Source: Anolis carolinensis (lineage: Eukaryota). From it: a DNA stretch of 64,000 nt. The stretch lies in contig NC_085841.1 of NCBI RefSeq assembly GCF_035594765.1, positions 310,381,402-310,445,401 on the forward strand, written 5' to 3'. A program made the translations under genes and the position numbers. This document shows positions 1 to 33,722 of the stretch, piece by piece. Position 1 is the first letter of the stretch, and every line of letters begins with the position of its first letter. A model generated the notes under the pieces. The model did not search any database. It had not been told where the DNA came from and was given only the letters and a program-made list of their open reading frames with translations.

Positions 1-1266
1 TCCCGCAGACATTTTGACTGCATTATGTAAACATGTGGATAGGATAGAGAAAGGATGTGTTTTGAAAATTGGCTGCTGAATATTTTGAATTAGATCTTTA
101 ATAGATATGAATCCAATCATCCTAAATCTTTAATAAATAATATGCTCATGGGTTTATATATTAAAATATCATGACCTAATCACACATTATTTCAGTTTCT
201 TTATCAGGTACTCATTGAAATAAAGTACTGCATTGACAAATGCCAAAAATGGGAAAATCCATAGGTAAAGCTATAGAGAATATGGACATTCAAGCCAAGG
301 CATCTGCAATCTGTTGCTATTTGGATTTACTGGACTGCAATTCTAGAAGGGTGGTTGGAAGTAGTTGGGGAACTCTCTATTAACCAGTTAAGCCCCAACT
401 CTCCTGAACAATTCTTGTTTTATATAGTCTTGAAGCTAGAGCTAAGAAAGTAGCCCACCTTGAAAAGTAAATTAATATGCTGTTATTCCATAACAGGATT
501 ACAGATTGGAAATCAAGGCCACAATACCCCCAAGATCTACAAAGCATTCTTACTTAAAAACAAACTGGAATCCTCTTGAACATACAAAAAAAAAATTAGC
601 ACACCAGAAAGAGATTAAAAATCTGGACAACTTTTATGCTAGCTTTCCAGTTTCAGAAAGATACTGGTGAGGAGTTGCATCCAAATATTGCATTTCCCCT
701 TTTTAAATCTGGAAAAGATCTACATGTACATAAATGCAGCAAGCAGTACAGTGAGAATGTATTTTTTGACTTTCCTTATCCAACACCAATGCTCTTCACT
801 CACATATAAGACTAAAAGTGATCCTGATTGAGTATCTTTTATTCAAAATGCTTTGAACCAGAAATGTTATGAATTTCTGAGGGTTTTTTATTTTGGAATA
901 TTTGTAAAATTGGTGTACATTGAACTATCAGAAAGCAAAGGTGCCGCTATCTTAGCCACACATGTGGACTATTTTGGAGTATTTCAGATTTTAGAATTCT
1001 GTTCAAAGGCTGCTTATCTGTGTTGATTTCACAGTTCTTACAAGTTGGGAGTATGACCCCTTCATCCCATCCTGACTATTCTAGTTGCTCCTGTTACATT
1101 CCATGATAACATACATCTTTTCTTGCATGGTTATTCTAGATTACACAACTAATGGGGCAGAGTTGCCAGAGGGATGTTCTTAACGTGTATTTTGTAATCT
1201 TACATATAGTTCTGCATACTTCCAAACTAGAGAAATCCTGATGGTTTAAGTTGTACTTTTTCATAC

Positions 1267-22424
<21,158 letters not shown>

Positions 22425-22614
22425 CTTGTCACAATTGATGAGGTTAATTACTAATATCTAGCTGCTAAAAAGAAATGTGCACAAGAGCTGAAGCTCCACT
22501 GTTCTCTGGGACAATTGAGCTTTTCCTAAACTACAAAATAAAGATAAAGAACTCTTATCAATTTCTTATCAAAGGGGACCCAGCAGCATCATCATGCTTC
22601 CCTAAACAGCCTAC

Positions 22615-22658
22615 CGTTGCAGAATGTTGATGCTGAAACTCAAGAATGTCTCATTCAC
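22615..22658 (-). other. Candidate HEATR4 5'UTR exon (44 nt)
   Basis: Minus strand cctatttccatcacAG|...acg|GTAGGC, just upstream of the first coding exon (acceptor near 22530); contains a 4-codon uORF. Confidence 0.4.
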
Positions 22659-22967
22659 CTGTGATGGAAATAGGCAATATCAAATTAGAGCAAATAGAAA
22701 GGCAAAAGGTTATGTCATTTTTTTCTTATCTACCAATCATCTCTTCTGGCTCATCGTAAAGGAAATGCAATCCTTTCCATCATATCTAGTTACAATTATT
22801 TAATTTGTACATATTATTAATTCTGAACCATTTTTATCCTAACTTACAGCCCTCTGTTCTTTTATTTTCTAGTCATTTACTGGACACTAGCTGTGCCCGG
22901 CCACACGTTGCTGTGGCGAAGTCTGGTGGTATGGGAAATAAAGTATTGAGGAATTGGTGGTAGTTAA

Positions 22968-23290
22968 GGTAAAAGGTAAAGGTTTTCCCCTGACATTAAG
23001 TCCAGTCGTGTCTGACTCTGGGGGTTGGTGCTCATCTCCATTTCTAAGCCAAAGAGCTGGCATTGTCCGTAGACTCCTCCAAGGTCATGTGGCATGACTG
23101 CATGGAGCGTTGTTACCTTCCTGCCGGAGCAGTACCTATTCATCTACTCTCATTTGCATGTTGTTGAACTTTAGGGTTGGCAGAAGCTGGGGCTAACAGT
23201 AGGGGCTCTCTCCGCTCCCCCAATTCAAACCTGTGACCTTTCAGTCCAGAAGTTCAGCAGCTCAGCGCTTTAACACGCTGCACCATCAGG
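22968..23290 (-). mobile_element. Sauria-type SINE inside the Helitron
   Basis: Reverse complement of 53938-54269. Confidence 0.8.
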
Positions 23291-23344
23291 GGATATTATT
23301 TCCTAAAGCTTGTGAATATACAGTATTTCTGATAGGTTTTTTTG

Positions 23345-23798
23345 TCTGTATGAATGCTGCAATTAGGCAAAATGATTAGCATGTAATGGCCTTGCAGCTT
23401 TAAAGCCTGGCTGCTTCCTCCCTGGGTGAATTTTTTGTTGGGAAGTGTTAGCTGGCACTGATTGTTTTCTGTCTGGAATTCCCTTGTTTTCAGAGTGGTG
23501 TTCTTTGCGATATTTTATGTGCTTCTACTGTCTGTGGCCCTCAGAAAACAGAGGATTTGCCAGACTTTGGTGATGGGAATACTTTGTTGGGAGGTGTTAG
23601 CTGGCCCTGATTGTTTCCTGTGTGGAATTCCCCTGTTTTCAGAGTGTTGTTCTTTATTTAGTGTTCTGATTTTAGAGATTGTATTGTTCTGTTTTATTAT
23701 ACCACAGTAATTTTATATATTCTGATTTTAGTGTTTTTGAATACTTGGAGGCAGTTTGTATTCATTTTCATGGTTCACAGCAACACAACAACAACAAC

Positions 23799-23830
<32 letters not shown>

Positions 23831-24030
23831 TAGTAATAATAATGGCTTTGGTAATACTCACTGCTTTACTCCCTTCTCAGCTTCCTTTCTGGAAGAATCC
23901 TTTTTTGGGAGGTGTTTGCTGGCCCTGATTGTTTCCTTTGTGGAATTCCCAATTTCCCTGCTTTCAGAGTGTTGCTCTTTATTTACTGTCCTGGTTTTAG
24001 AGATTATATTGTTCTGAATTATTCTACCAC
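23345..24030 (-). mobile_element. Degenerate, partly repeated Penelope 3' fragments inside the Helitron
   Basis: Three GCTGGC(C/A)CTGATTGTTT modules, reverse complement of about 49060-49100. Confidence 0.6.
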
Positions 24031-24588
24031 AGTAATTATTTCATATTACAGTAGAATCTCACTTACCCAACATTCGCTTATCCAATGTTCTGGATTATCC
24101 AATGCAGTCTGCCTTTTAGTAGTCAATGTTTTTGTAGTCAATGTTTTAAATTAATTGTGATATTTTGGAGGTAAATTTGTAAATACAGTAATTACTACAT
24201 AGCATTACTGTGCATGGAACTACTTTTTCTGTCAAATTTGTTGTATAACATGATGTTTTGGTGCTTAATTTGTATAATGATTATCTAATTTGATGTTTAA
24301 TCGGCTTTTCCTGAATCCTTTCTTATTATCCAACATATATGTTTATCCAACGTTCTGCCGGCCTGTTTATGTTGGATAAGTGAGACTCTACTGTATATTT
24401 ATAATCTTATATTATCTGCTTAGAACTGGATTATATGAGGCCCCTTCTACACAGCTGTATAAAATGCACCCTGAAGTGGATTATATGGCAGTGTGGAGTC
24501 AAGATAATCCAGTTCAAAGCAGATAATATAAGATTATAAATGGGTTATATAGCTGTGTGGAAAGGCCTTGTGTCTACACTGCCATATA

Positions 24589-25033
24589 GGGCCAGGCTGT
24601 GGCGCAGCTGGCTAGTAACCAGCTGCAATAAATCACTTCTGCCCGAGAGGTCATGAGTTCCCAACCATTAAATAGCCCGGCTTGCTGTTGACCTATGCAG
24701 CCCCGAAAGACACTTGCATCTGTCAAGTAGGGAAATTTAGGTACGCTTTATGCAGGAGGCTAATTTAACTAATTTACAACATCATAAAAACTGCCAGCAA
24801 AACACGAGGAAAGGAATGAGGAAGTACAGCCACTAGTGGACAGTGAAGCAACAGCTCCCCCTGTGGCCGGAATCGTGAAGCTGGAAAAAAAATGTTAAAT
24901 GCCTCTGTGTCTGTCTATATATGTTGTTTGTCTGTTGGCATTGAATGTTTGCCATATATGTGTTCATTGTAATCCGCCCTGAGTCCCCTTTGGGGTGAGA
25001 AGGGCGGAATATAAATACTGCAAATAAATAAAT
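24589..25033 (+). mobile_element. tRNA-derived SINE with L2-like (AAAT)n tail
   Basis: Head GCTGTGGCGCAG, tail GGGCGGAATATAAAT..(AAAT)n; related copy at 30695-30928 (minus). Confidence 0.7.
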
Positions 25034-25967
25034 ATAATCCAGTTAAAATCTGATAATCTGTATTTTATAGGCAGTGTGGAAGAGGGCTAAGTGAAGCCTA
25101 ACTCTGCCTGTCCCCTGGGCTGAGTGGGTTGCTATGAGACCAAATGGGCGGAGCTTAGCCTTCTAACTGGCAGCAATTGGATAAAAACAATTATCCCTTT
25201 CCCTCTAATTAGGACTTTATTTTTCTTTTCTTTTTGTTGTATCAATGTAGAGGCGTGGATGAGGGGTTTTGCTGTCAATTTTCAAGGTTGTGGGGTGTTT
25301 AGTTTTGTTGTTTTGTCTGCTGCCGTGATTCCATCACTCTTTTATATAAAACTAGCTATGCCCGGCCACGCGTTGCTGTTGCGTTGTCTGGTGGTGTTGG
25401 TGAGAAATTGTTGAGGTAGTGGTGGTATTGAATGTCTGTTGTATGGTTGTCTTTATGTTTAGTATGCATTTGGTTGTTTGTGTACTGTGAAAGTGGTGAA
25501 GGTAGAGGGGGTCTATGTCCCTGTGTAGTATTGTATAGTATTTATACGTTGTCCATGTGTTGTGAATGCTTGGATTGTGTCCTGCTGCATAGTAGAAAGG
25601 GTTGGGCTGGATGGCCCTTAGGGGTCTCTCCAAACTCTTGTGCCTGTCCCCTGGGCTGAGTAGTTGCTAGGAGACCAAGTGGGCGGAACTTAGCCTTGTA
25701 ACTGGCAGCAATTGGATAAAAACAATTATTCCTCTACCTCTAATTAGGTCTTTATTTTTCTTTGCTTTTTGTTGTATCAACCTAGAGCCGTGGATGATGG
25801 GTTGTGTTGTCAGATTTCGAGGTTGGGGGGCCTGTAGTTTTGTTGTTTTGTCCGCTGCCCTGATGCCATCACTCTTTTATATATATAGATGTATAAATAA
25901 ATAAATAAACAAACAAATAAATAAAAAATAAATAGAAGAAAGATAGAAGATAGATTAGTAATTTCCT

Positions 25968-26261
25968 GGGGGCCCTGGTGGCGAAATGTGTTAAAGCACT
26001 GAGCTGCTGAACTTGCAGACCGAAAGGTCGCAGGTTCAAATCCCGGGAGCGGAGTGAGCGCCCTCTGTTAGCTTCAGCTTCTACCAACCTAGCAGTTCGA
26101 AAACATGCCAATGTAAGTAGATCAATAGGTACCGCTCCAGCAGGAAGGTAATGGTGCTTCATGCAGTCATGCCGTCCACATGACCTTGGAGGTGTCTACG
26201 GACAATGCCGGCTCTTTGGCTTAGAAATGGAGATGAGCATCATCAGGAGAAACCTTTACCT
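25968..26261 (+). mobile_element. Sauria-type SINE
   Basis: tRNA-like head (GGTTCAAATCC), ACCTTT tail, TSD TTAGTAATTTCCT. Confidence 0.88.
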
Positions 26262-26750
26262 TTAGTAATTTCCTCTTAACTGTTATGTCATGATAAATTG
26301 GCTAATCTCAATACAGGATGCTATATTAAATTTCAATATTTCTACTGATAATTTTTGAAAGGTGTATGAATCAGCTGTTAAGAATGAAGGGCTCTATTAT
26401 ATAAGAAAACTTTATCACAGGTTTGCCTTAAAACAACCATTAGTCAGAAATAACTTAAAGGTATGCAACTAACATTAAATTTCAGCATGACACTATGATC
26501 ATTGTCTTTTTTGTTCACTTGTATCTTCAGTTTAGCTTAAACCAGAAAATATGTACTGAGATATTGTACAAGTGTTTTTTTCCATTAAGCAAACTGAAAT
26601 TCTTTCACTTTAGCCTTTCTATTATATTATCCATAACCATTAGGAAATTTCAATTTCCATTATTTTTCTTCTCCTTTTTCATGAAGGTATAAAACTTCAG
26701 ATTAACCTTTCAGATCTGGACCCGAATGAATAAGAACCAGTTACACTCAC

Positions 26751-26830
26751 TTGTTGGTCGGAAATTAGTTTTCTGGCTCCAGAAAGATCTCTCCTTTAAG
26801 TGTTTACAGTTGTTGCCTGGTTACAGGCAA
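26751..26830 (-). promoter_or_regulatory. Probable HEATR4 promoter/first exon with RFX X-box
   Basis: X-box GTAACCAGGCAAC (minus, 26824-26812) and strong donor CAA|GTGAGT at 26751/26750, in non-repetitive sequence. Confidence 0.5.
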
Positions 26831-29800
26831 TGTACTTTACATTCTGTCAGGTCTGATTTGCTAGTTTTAAATAGAGCTCTCTATCTGAATTTGCATCTTC
26901 ACCCTAGAATTAATGCAGCGTGACACCACTTTAACTGTCACAGCTCAATGCTATGGAATCCTGGGAGTTGTAGTTTTACAAGGTCTTCACCCTCTCTGCC
27001 AAAAAGTGCCGGTGTCTTATCAAAATACAAATCCCAGGATTCCATAGCATTGAGCCATGGCTGTTAAAACAAGGTCAAACGGCATTAATTCTGAAGTGTA
27101 AAAGTGGAATTTCTTTCCAAAAGATATAAAATCGAGAGAGAGAAAATGAAAAATGAGTCATAGGTGGTAGCACATTGTTGGCTAGGAGAAAAATATTATC
27201 TATGGATCTAAACTATCAAAATGATCATTTAAATACAGGTCTTGAAAATCTACATTTTATAGTGTGTGTTCCACTCACTCTCAAATTCTTTAGCTTGACG
27301 TATCTGATCCTTTTGATCAAAAGACAATGTATGTCCTTTTGTGATTAGTTTGTTTTTTGAACAGCTCCATATCTACTTGGGAGATGGGAGGCAGGCTTTC
27401 CAAAATAGCCTTTAAGTGAGGCCAAATGTGTGGGGACTAAACAACCTGGCAAGATTGGCTCAGGCCCCATTTACACTGCCATATAATCCAGTTTCTGAAT
27501 ACAGATTAACTGCACTGAATTGGATTATATGCCAGTGTACTCATAAAATCCAATTCAAAGCAGTTAATCTGAATTCTGAAACTGGATTGCATTGCAATGT
27601 AGAGCCAGCTTCAGAAGTGATATTATGGAGGTAGGATGGCAGCATTGGGTAGTGTCATTAATATAATTACTGTACCTAATTTTGGGTTTTTGTTTTTTTT
27701 AATGGCTGCTGGATGAGTGCCACTACAAACATTTTATAAAAAAACTGAAGTGTTTTGAGTTTCTCAATGTAGACAGATGTGGAAGTATGGAGTGTGCATG
27801 TGAATTAGAAAATGTATCACCTATATTCTGAGTCCTCAGTGTCCATCATTTGCAGTAGCTTGGGTTCCCAATGATCAAGGCTCCAATCATTGTGGTGCTT
27901 TGTCTCAGGATGGATCTACACTGCTATACAATGCAGTTTCAGAATGCAATTTAGCTGCATTGAATTGGATTATATGGTAGCGTACTCATATAATCCAGTA
28001 CAATGTAGTTAAATTAAATCCTGAAACTGCATTATTTGGCAGTGTAGATTCAGCCTCACCTACCAGCTGTCCTTCCCTCTTAAATCTGCACAGCTGAATT
28101 TTGAGATTGTGCAAGGAACTCTTGAGACAGGGCATCAGATAAGGAAGCTCAAATTTCTCTTATCTCTAAACTACATATAAACTACTTTACTGATATCCAC
28201 ATACAAAGATTCACTTTCTCTAACATTGCTCTAGCAACCTCAAAATTACATAAGGAAAAACATAAAAAGAAAAGGTTGTAATCTGGGCCTTTGCTTCAGG
28301 CAGCAACATGTTTTGGACTAGTCCTGAACAAGTTGGAAACATCCGCTACTTTACATCATTTATTGTAATGTAAAAACTCTTGTGCCTCACTTCATGGAAC
28401 ATGGATGCATGTTCAGTTCCATGAGTGTGCACATATGTGCTCTCACATACACAAAGAGGAAGTCAGCAAATACAGTAAATACACATATAACTAAGTAAAA
28501 AGGCTGTAAAGGATAACCCAATGGGACCTGTTTCCAAATGTGCTTTTTATTTGAGACCAGTAATTAAATTTATTCTCATAGAGCACAAATATAATGAAAA
28601 GCAAGTTGAAGATAACAATGCATTTGAAAAAAATAGGTGCAAAATGATATTGAAATATATAGGACACCCTAAAAATATATACATCCTTTAATATCTTACG
28701 ATTCTGGCATTTTAGGCATTTTAAAATATATATATTCTTAATAGGCTTAAAGAGTACAATAGTAGAGAAATGCCACAAAATTAAAAGAGGAAATTTAAGC
28801 AAGGTTTGCAATTATATACTTCAACAATGTAAACAATGCATTGCTGCACAAGGATGATAATTTGAACACCCAACTTACAAACATCCGACTTACAAATGAC
28901 TCCCAGTTAAGAATGGAGATGAGATAACAGAAGGTGAGAGAAATCTGCTCCTTGGAAGAGAAATACCTAAGAGTTTTGGGGGAAAGGCATCTCAGCTGAA
29001 GCCGTATCATCAATCCTTGTTTTCACAGCAAGCCAAATTTTTGAAAAATGCAGTTCTCACGGGGACAGAAAGTGGATGAAATCTTCTGAACAGGGGCCTA
29101 AGAGTAAAACAAACACCACAGGGGTGTTAACCCTTCCCTATGCTATCCAAAGCGTATATATATTTGGCTGGAGTTACACTTAAAAATGTACTTGTTCTGA
29201 CTTACATACAAATTCAACTTAAGAACAAACCTACAGAATCTTGTTCATTACAGGTGACTGCCTGTAATTTTGATTGTATTTATTGTATTTTAATTGGATT
29301 ACAATTTTATATCCACACAGTATTATTTAAATGTGGTTTTTCAATTTCTATATTTGTTTTGTTTTAAATTGTTATGAGGCCGTGGGGTTGTTAACTGCCT
29401 TGAGTCCCTACATGGAGAAAGATGGGATATAAATAAAGCTAATAATAACAATAGTAATAGTACAGACAGTCCCCAAGTTATGAACAAGATAGGTTCTGCA
29501 GGTTTGTTATTAAGTTGAATTTGTATGTAAATCAGAACAGGTACATTTTAAAGTCTCATTCCTGCCATACACACACACACACACACACAGATATACAGGT
29601 GAGGTGAAAAATTGAAAAAAACGAAAAACATAGGCTTGTTGTGGAAACAAGGATGGGCGAAAAAGCGTTAGTGGAGACACCTTTTCCTCCCGATAACTCT
29701 TTCAGGACAGGTAAGCCTGTTTGGAAGCGACCTCAGGGACTGCCTGTAATAAAAATAATGATTCAATTGTCCGATTGTTTTTGTTGCTTGTGTGAATGTA

Positions 29801-30184
29801 AATTGGGTTTTAATTTTTGGTTTATGTTGTTTTGTACGGCATTGAATGTCTGCCTCTCTATATGTTGTAAGCCACCCTAAGTCCCTACTGGGGAGATAGG
29901 GTGGAATAGAAATAAAGTCTCATCCATTAATAACATGTTTATAGTTTTTAATGGGAAGCCCTTGCATTTTGCTACTCTGTTGCCGAGTACACATGCCCAG
30001 TATGGAATACATCTCACCATGTTAAAACAGTGGATATGGCTCTTAATAAGACATTCCGCATTATCACAGGATGCCTATGCCCAACTCCGCTGGAGAAATT
30101 ATACTGTTTTTTGGCCGGAATTGCACTACCTGATATTTGTTGGGTAGTACCAGCCAGCAATGAAAGGACCAAGGCATTGCCAGG

Positions 30185-30680
30185 TCCTACTTACCTATCT
30201 GACCGCTTCTCTTCATACCAACCTGCCTGAACATTAAGATCTTATAGCAAAGCCCTTCCCTCGTTTCTGCCACCATCGTAAATGTGGTTGGCAGTGACGA
30301 GAGAAAGGGCCTTCTTGGTGGCCGCGCCAACTCTTTGAACCCCCCCCCCAAGGAGGTTAAAACAGCCAACTCCCTGACATCCTTTAAAAAGCAGCTAAAA
30401 ACCTTTCTGTTCGCACAAGCTTTTGAAAAAGGCACTTAGCTGTAATGACAGGAAGGCTAACTTTTATTGAGTTGCGCTAACATTACCACCTGTCTTGTTG
30501 AGTTGCCTGCAATAACTACATTAGACAAATGTTTTTAAATATGTTTATTTATTATTGTAAAATTGTCTTTATAGATTATTATTTTACATATATATATACA
30601 TATTGTTTTGTATTGTATTTTATATAATGTTGTTAGCTGCTTTGGGTCCACTTTATAGAGAAAAGCAGGATATAAATAAA
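30185..30680 (+). mobile_element. L2-like LINE 3' fragment
   Basis: Peptide remnants GPTYLSDRFSSYQP and TSFKKQLKTFLF; ends in ggatataaataaa. Confidence 0.6.
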
Positions 30681-30694
30681 AATGAATTATCATT

Positions 30695-30928
30695 ATTTAT
30701 TTATTTATTTATTTATTTACAGCATTTATATTCCGCCCTTCTCACCCCGAAGGGGACTCAGGGCGGATCACATTACACATATGGGCAAACATTCAATGCC
30801 TTTTTAACATACAACAAAGACAAGAAAAACATAGCTCCGAGCAGGCCTCGAACTTATGACCTCCTGGTCAGTGATTCATTGCAGTTAATTGCAACTGGTT
30901 TGCTCTCCCATCTGCGCCACAGCCCCGG
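30695..30928 (-). mobile_element. Shorter SINE related to 24589-25033
   Basis: Same head and tail in reverse complement. Confidence 0.7.
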
Positions 30929-30968
30929 CGCAGTCCATCCTCAGCTAGCATGCCAACGACTTAAATAT

Positions 30969-31231
30969 GGAGCCTCCGATGGCCTAGGGGATAAAAGCCT
31001 CGTGACTTGAAGGTTGGGTTGCTGACCTGAAAGCTGCCAGGTTCGAATCCCACCCGGGGAGAGCGCGGATGAGCTCCCTCTTTTAGCTCCAGCTCCATGC
31101 GGGGACATGAGAGAAGCCTCCCACAAGGATGATAAAACATCAAAATATCCGGGCGTCCCCTGGGTAACGTCCTTGCAGACAGTCAATTCTCTCACTCCAG
31201 AAGCAACTCCGGTTGCTCCTGACACGAAAAA
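30969..31231 (+). mobile_element. tRNA-derived SINE (second family)
   Basis: B-box GGTTCGAATCC, A tail, CGACTTAAAT flanking duplication; near-identical copy at 58369-58633 and a fragment at 46105-46235. Confidence 0.85.
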
Positions 31232-31689
31232 CCCCCGACTTAAATCAAGAAACAGCTTGCTGGAATATGTACTTGCAGGAATACCTGCAAGGTGTACTTG
31301 CAGGAACACCTCACCAAGCGAGAGTCCAAAAGTGGCAGGCTCAAACCCAGGACCTCAATCAGTGGCTGAGACAAGATGAAAAACTCCCTCCTGGGCACAC
31401 AGAAGACTGGGTGGCTTTGAAGGCTCTGAACAGACTGTTCTCTGGCACCACGAGCTGCAGAGCCAACGTTAAGAAATGGGGCTACAAAGTGGAGTCCAGG
31501 ACATGCAAGTGTGGAGAAGAGCAAACCACAGACCACTTACTGTGATGCAGCCTGAGCCCGGCCACATGCACAATGGAGGACCTTCGTACAGACACCAGAG
31601 GCACTCCCAAGTAGTCAGTTTCTGGTCAAAGGACATTTAGCATAATGCCAAGGAAGGCCCATTTCCAGGTGGGCGTGGAATCCCTGCCC

Positions 31690-32340
31690 TCCTCCTCCAG
31701 AAGCCAATATGTGCTGCTGTTGGATGTGAAGTAGAGGATGTTTCCAGCTTGCTGGAGTCCCCTGAAGCCCTGCTTCGGGCCCAGGCTTCTCGGCCTGAAG
31801 CGTCTGTCGGCCTTGTTTCTGTCCCGTTTCAGCTCCTCCATGGAGGCGCCCCGCATCCTCTTCTCCCCCTCCGGCCGCAGCCTCTTCGACGAGCCCCTCC
31901 ACCTCTCGGTGGAAGGCCTGCCTCCGGGGCAGGAGGTGACCCTCGAGGCCTCGCTGGAGGACGAGCGGCAGGAGCTTTTTGAGGCGCGGGCCTTCTACCG
32001 TGCCGACGCCGAGGGCCGCCTGGATGTCAGCCGCTCCCCGGCGCTGGAGGGCGAGGGCGGGAGCTTCTCGGGCCTGGAGCCAATGGGCCTGCTCTGGTCG
32101 CTGCGGAAGCCCATGCGGCGCCTGGTGAAGCGCGACGTGCGGAGGCCTTTCGTGCTGAAAGTAGACGTGCGCGGCGGAGGGCCCGCCGAGGCCCCGGGCC
32201 CGCTCCTCGCCCACGCCGCCCACGAGAGGGCCTTCCTGGGAGAAGGGACTCGCCGCATCCCCGTCAGGGAAGGCGCCCTCCGAGGCACCCTCTTCCTCCC
32301 GCCCGGTGAGGCCCGGGCCTTGAAGCCCGCCTTGGAGTTG
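31690..32340 (+). promoter_or_regulatory. CpG island over exon 1 of the first ACOT
   Basis: Sharp GC/CpG enrichment against AT-rich flanks. Confidence 0.75.
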
Positions 32341-33672
32341 TTGTGCAAATTTTCACGTTTTCTCTCATTCTCCCGGGGACAGGAAGTGAAGTATTTATAG
32401 TTATTGTGTCAGAAGCGAACTGAGGGTAGAAGTAGTAATGTATTTGAAAACACAAAGTTAAAAAAAAAACATCAACTTGGCATTATACTTTGACCAGTGG
32501 CTGGCCACTTGGAGTGCCCCTGATGTTGCTGTAAGAAGGTCCACCATACTGCATGTGGCAGGGCTCAGGCTGCATTGAAATAGGTTGTTTGTGGTTTGCT
32601 CTTCTCCACACTCACATGTTGTGGACTCCACTTTGTAGCCCCATTTCTTAAGGCTGGCTCTGCATCTTGTGGTGTCAGAGGACAGTCTGTTCAGAGCCTT
32701 CCAAGTTATCCAGTATTCTCTGTGCCCAGAAGGGAGTCTGTCATCCAACGTCAGCCACTGATTGAGGTTTTGGGTTTTAGCCTGCCACTTTTGGACTCTT
32801 GCTTGCTGCAGTGTTCCTGCACATGTCTCTGTAGATCTTAGAAAACTATTTCTTGATTTAAGGCATTGGCGTGCTGGCAGATACCCAAACAAGGGATAGG
32901 CCCTTGGTCCTTTCATTGCTGGCTATTTCCCTTGAGGAAGTGAGGTGAAGTCTTCTGAACATGCCCACGGGCATCAAAACAAATACCACGGGGGGTGTTC
33001 ACCCTTCCCAATGCTGTTAGGAATTGAAATCCAAAACACTTGGAAGGCCAAAGTTTGCCCATGCCTAACTTAGACTTAAGAAATGTACCTGTTCCCTATT
33101 CTATCCAAAACTATGCATCTGATTGGAGTTAGACCAGACAAGGGCAAACTTCGTTCCTCCAGGTGTTTTGGATTCCAACTCCCATAATTCCTAACAGCTG
33201 GTAGGCAAGCATCCTTTCACGACCTGGTCATCCAGTTTTAAAAGCAGAGGTTAAACCAACCTGATGTGCCCTACAATCCTTGAACCTATCTGTACTCATT
33301 GTCTGATAGGCCTTTTATTCCTGTTAGGTTGATCCACCATTCAGATTCTTGTAAGAATAACAAAGGCTAGACTAAAATATGCTGGGGCTCCAAACTGTCA
33401 AATTTAAGCGGCCCCAGAGGTGTATTAAAGGGTGTATGTTATTGTCAATGTTATGTAGTAATTTTATTATTATTTCGCATTTATGGTCTTAAACAGTACT
33501 TTACTAACTCTATTGGTAAATCTGCCATTGAGGCTATGGTGCTGAGGAGAACAATTTTTAAATATATGTTTGTGTTTTTATCTGTGTAATTTATTGTATG
33601 TATTTTATGTTCATGTGTTTTTGACTGTTGTATCCCTCCTCAAGGCATCAGGAGAGGTAAATAATAAATACA

Positions 33673-33722
<50 letters not shown>

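Larger units (their letters stand above)
22887..25889 (-). mobile_element. Tandem non-autonomous Helitrons (25889-25352 and 25350-22887) with TE cargo
   Basis: Minus: A|TCTATATATATAAAAG 5' end; subterminal GCAACG(C/T)GTGGCCGGGCA motif (hairpin GCCACA..TGTGGC in the larger unit) then CTAG|T at 25352 and 22887; no TSD; duplicated ~240-bp 5' module. Confidence 0.8.
29970..31651 (+). mobile_element. Vingi/Ingi-like LINE 3' fragment interrupted by L2-like and SINE insertions
   Basis: Pieces 29970-30180, 30931-30966, 31246-31651 encode DMALNKTFRIITGCL..PTPLEKLY and LNRLFSGTTSCRANVKKWG...CKCG-EQTTDHL. Confidence 0.7.

Noticed and set aside
30969-31050. tRNA gene-like A/B boxes (also 25970, 53940, 58370)
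   Set aside because: These are SINE heads with bodies, tails and TSDs; no full cloverleaf.
31615-32348. Antisense and alternative-frame ORFs over ACOT exon 1 (also 39725-40566)
   Set aside because: Expected in CpG-island exons; low-complexity Arg/Gly/Pro translations.
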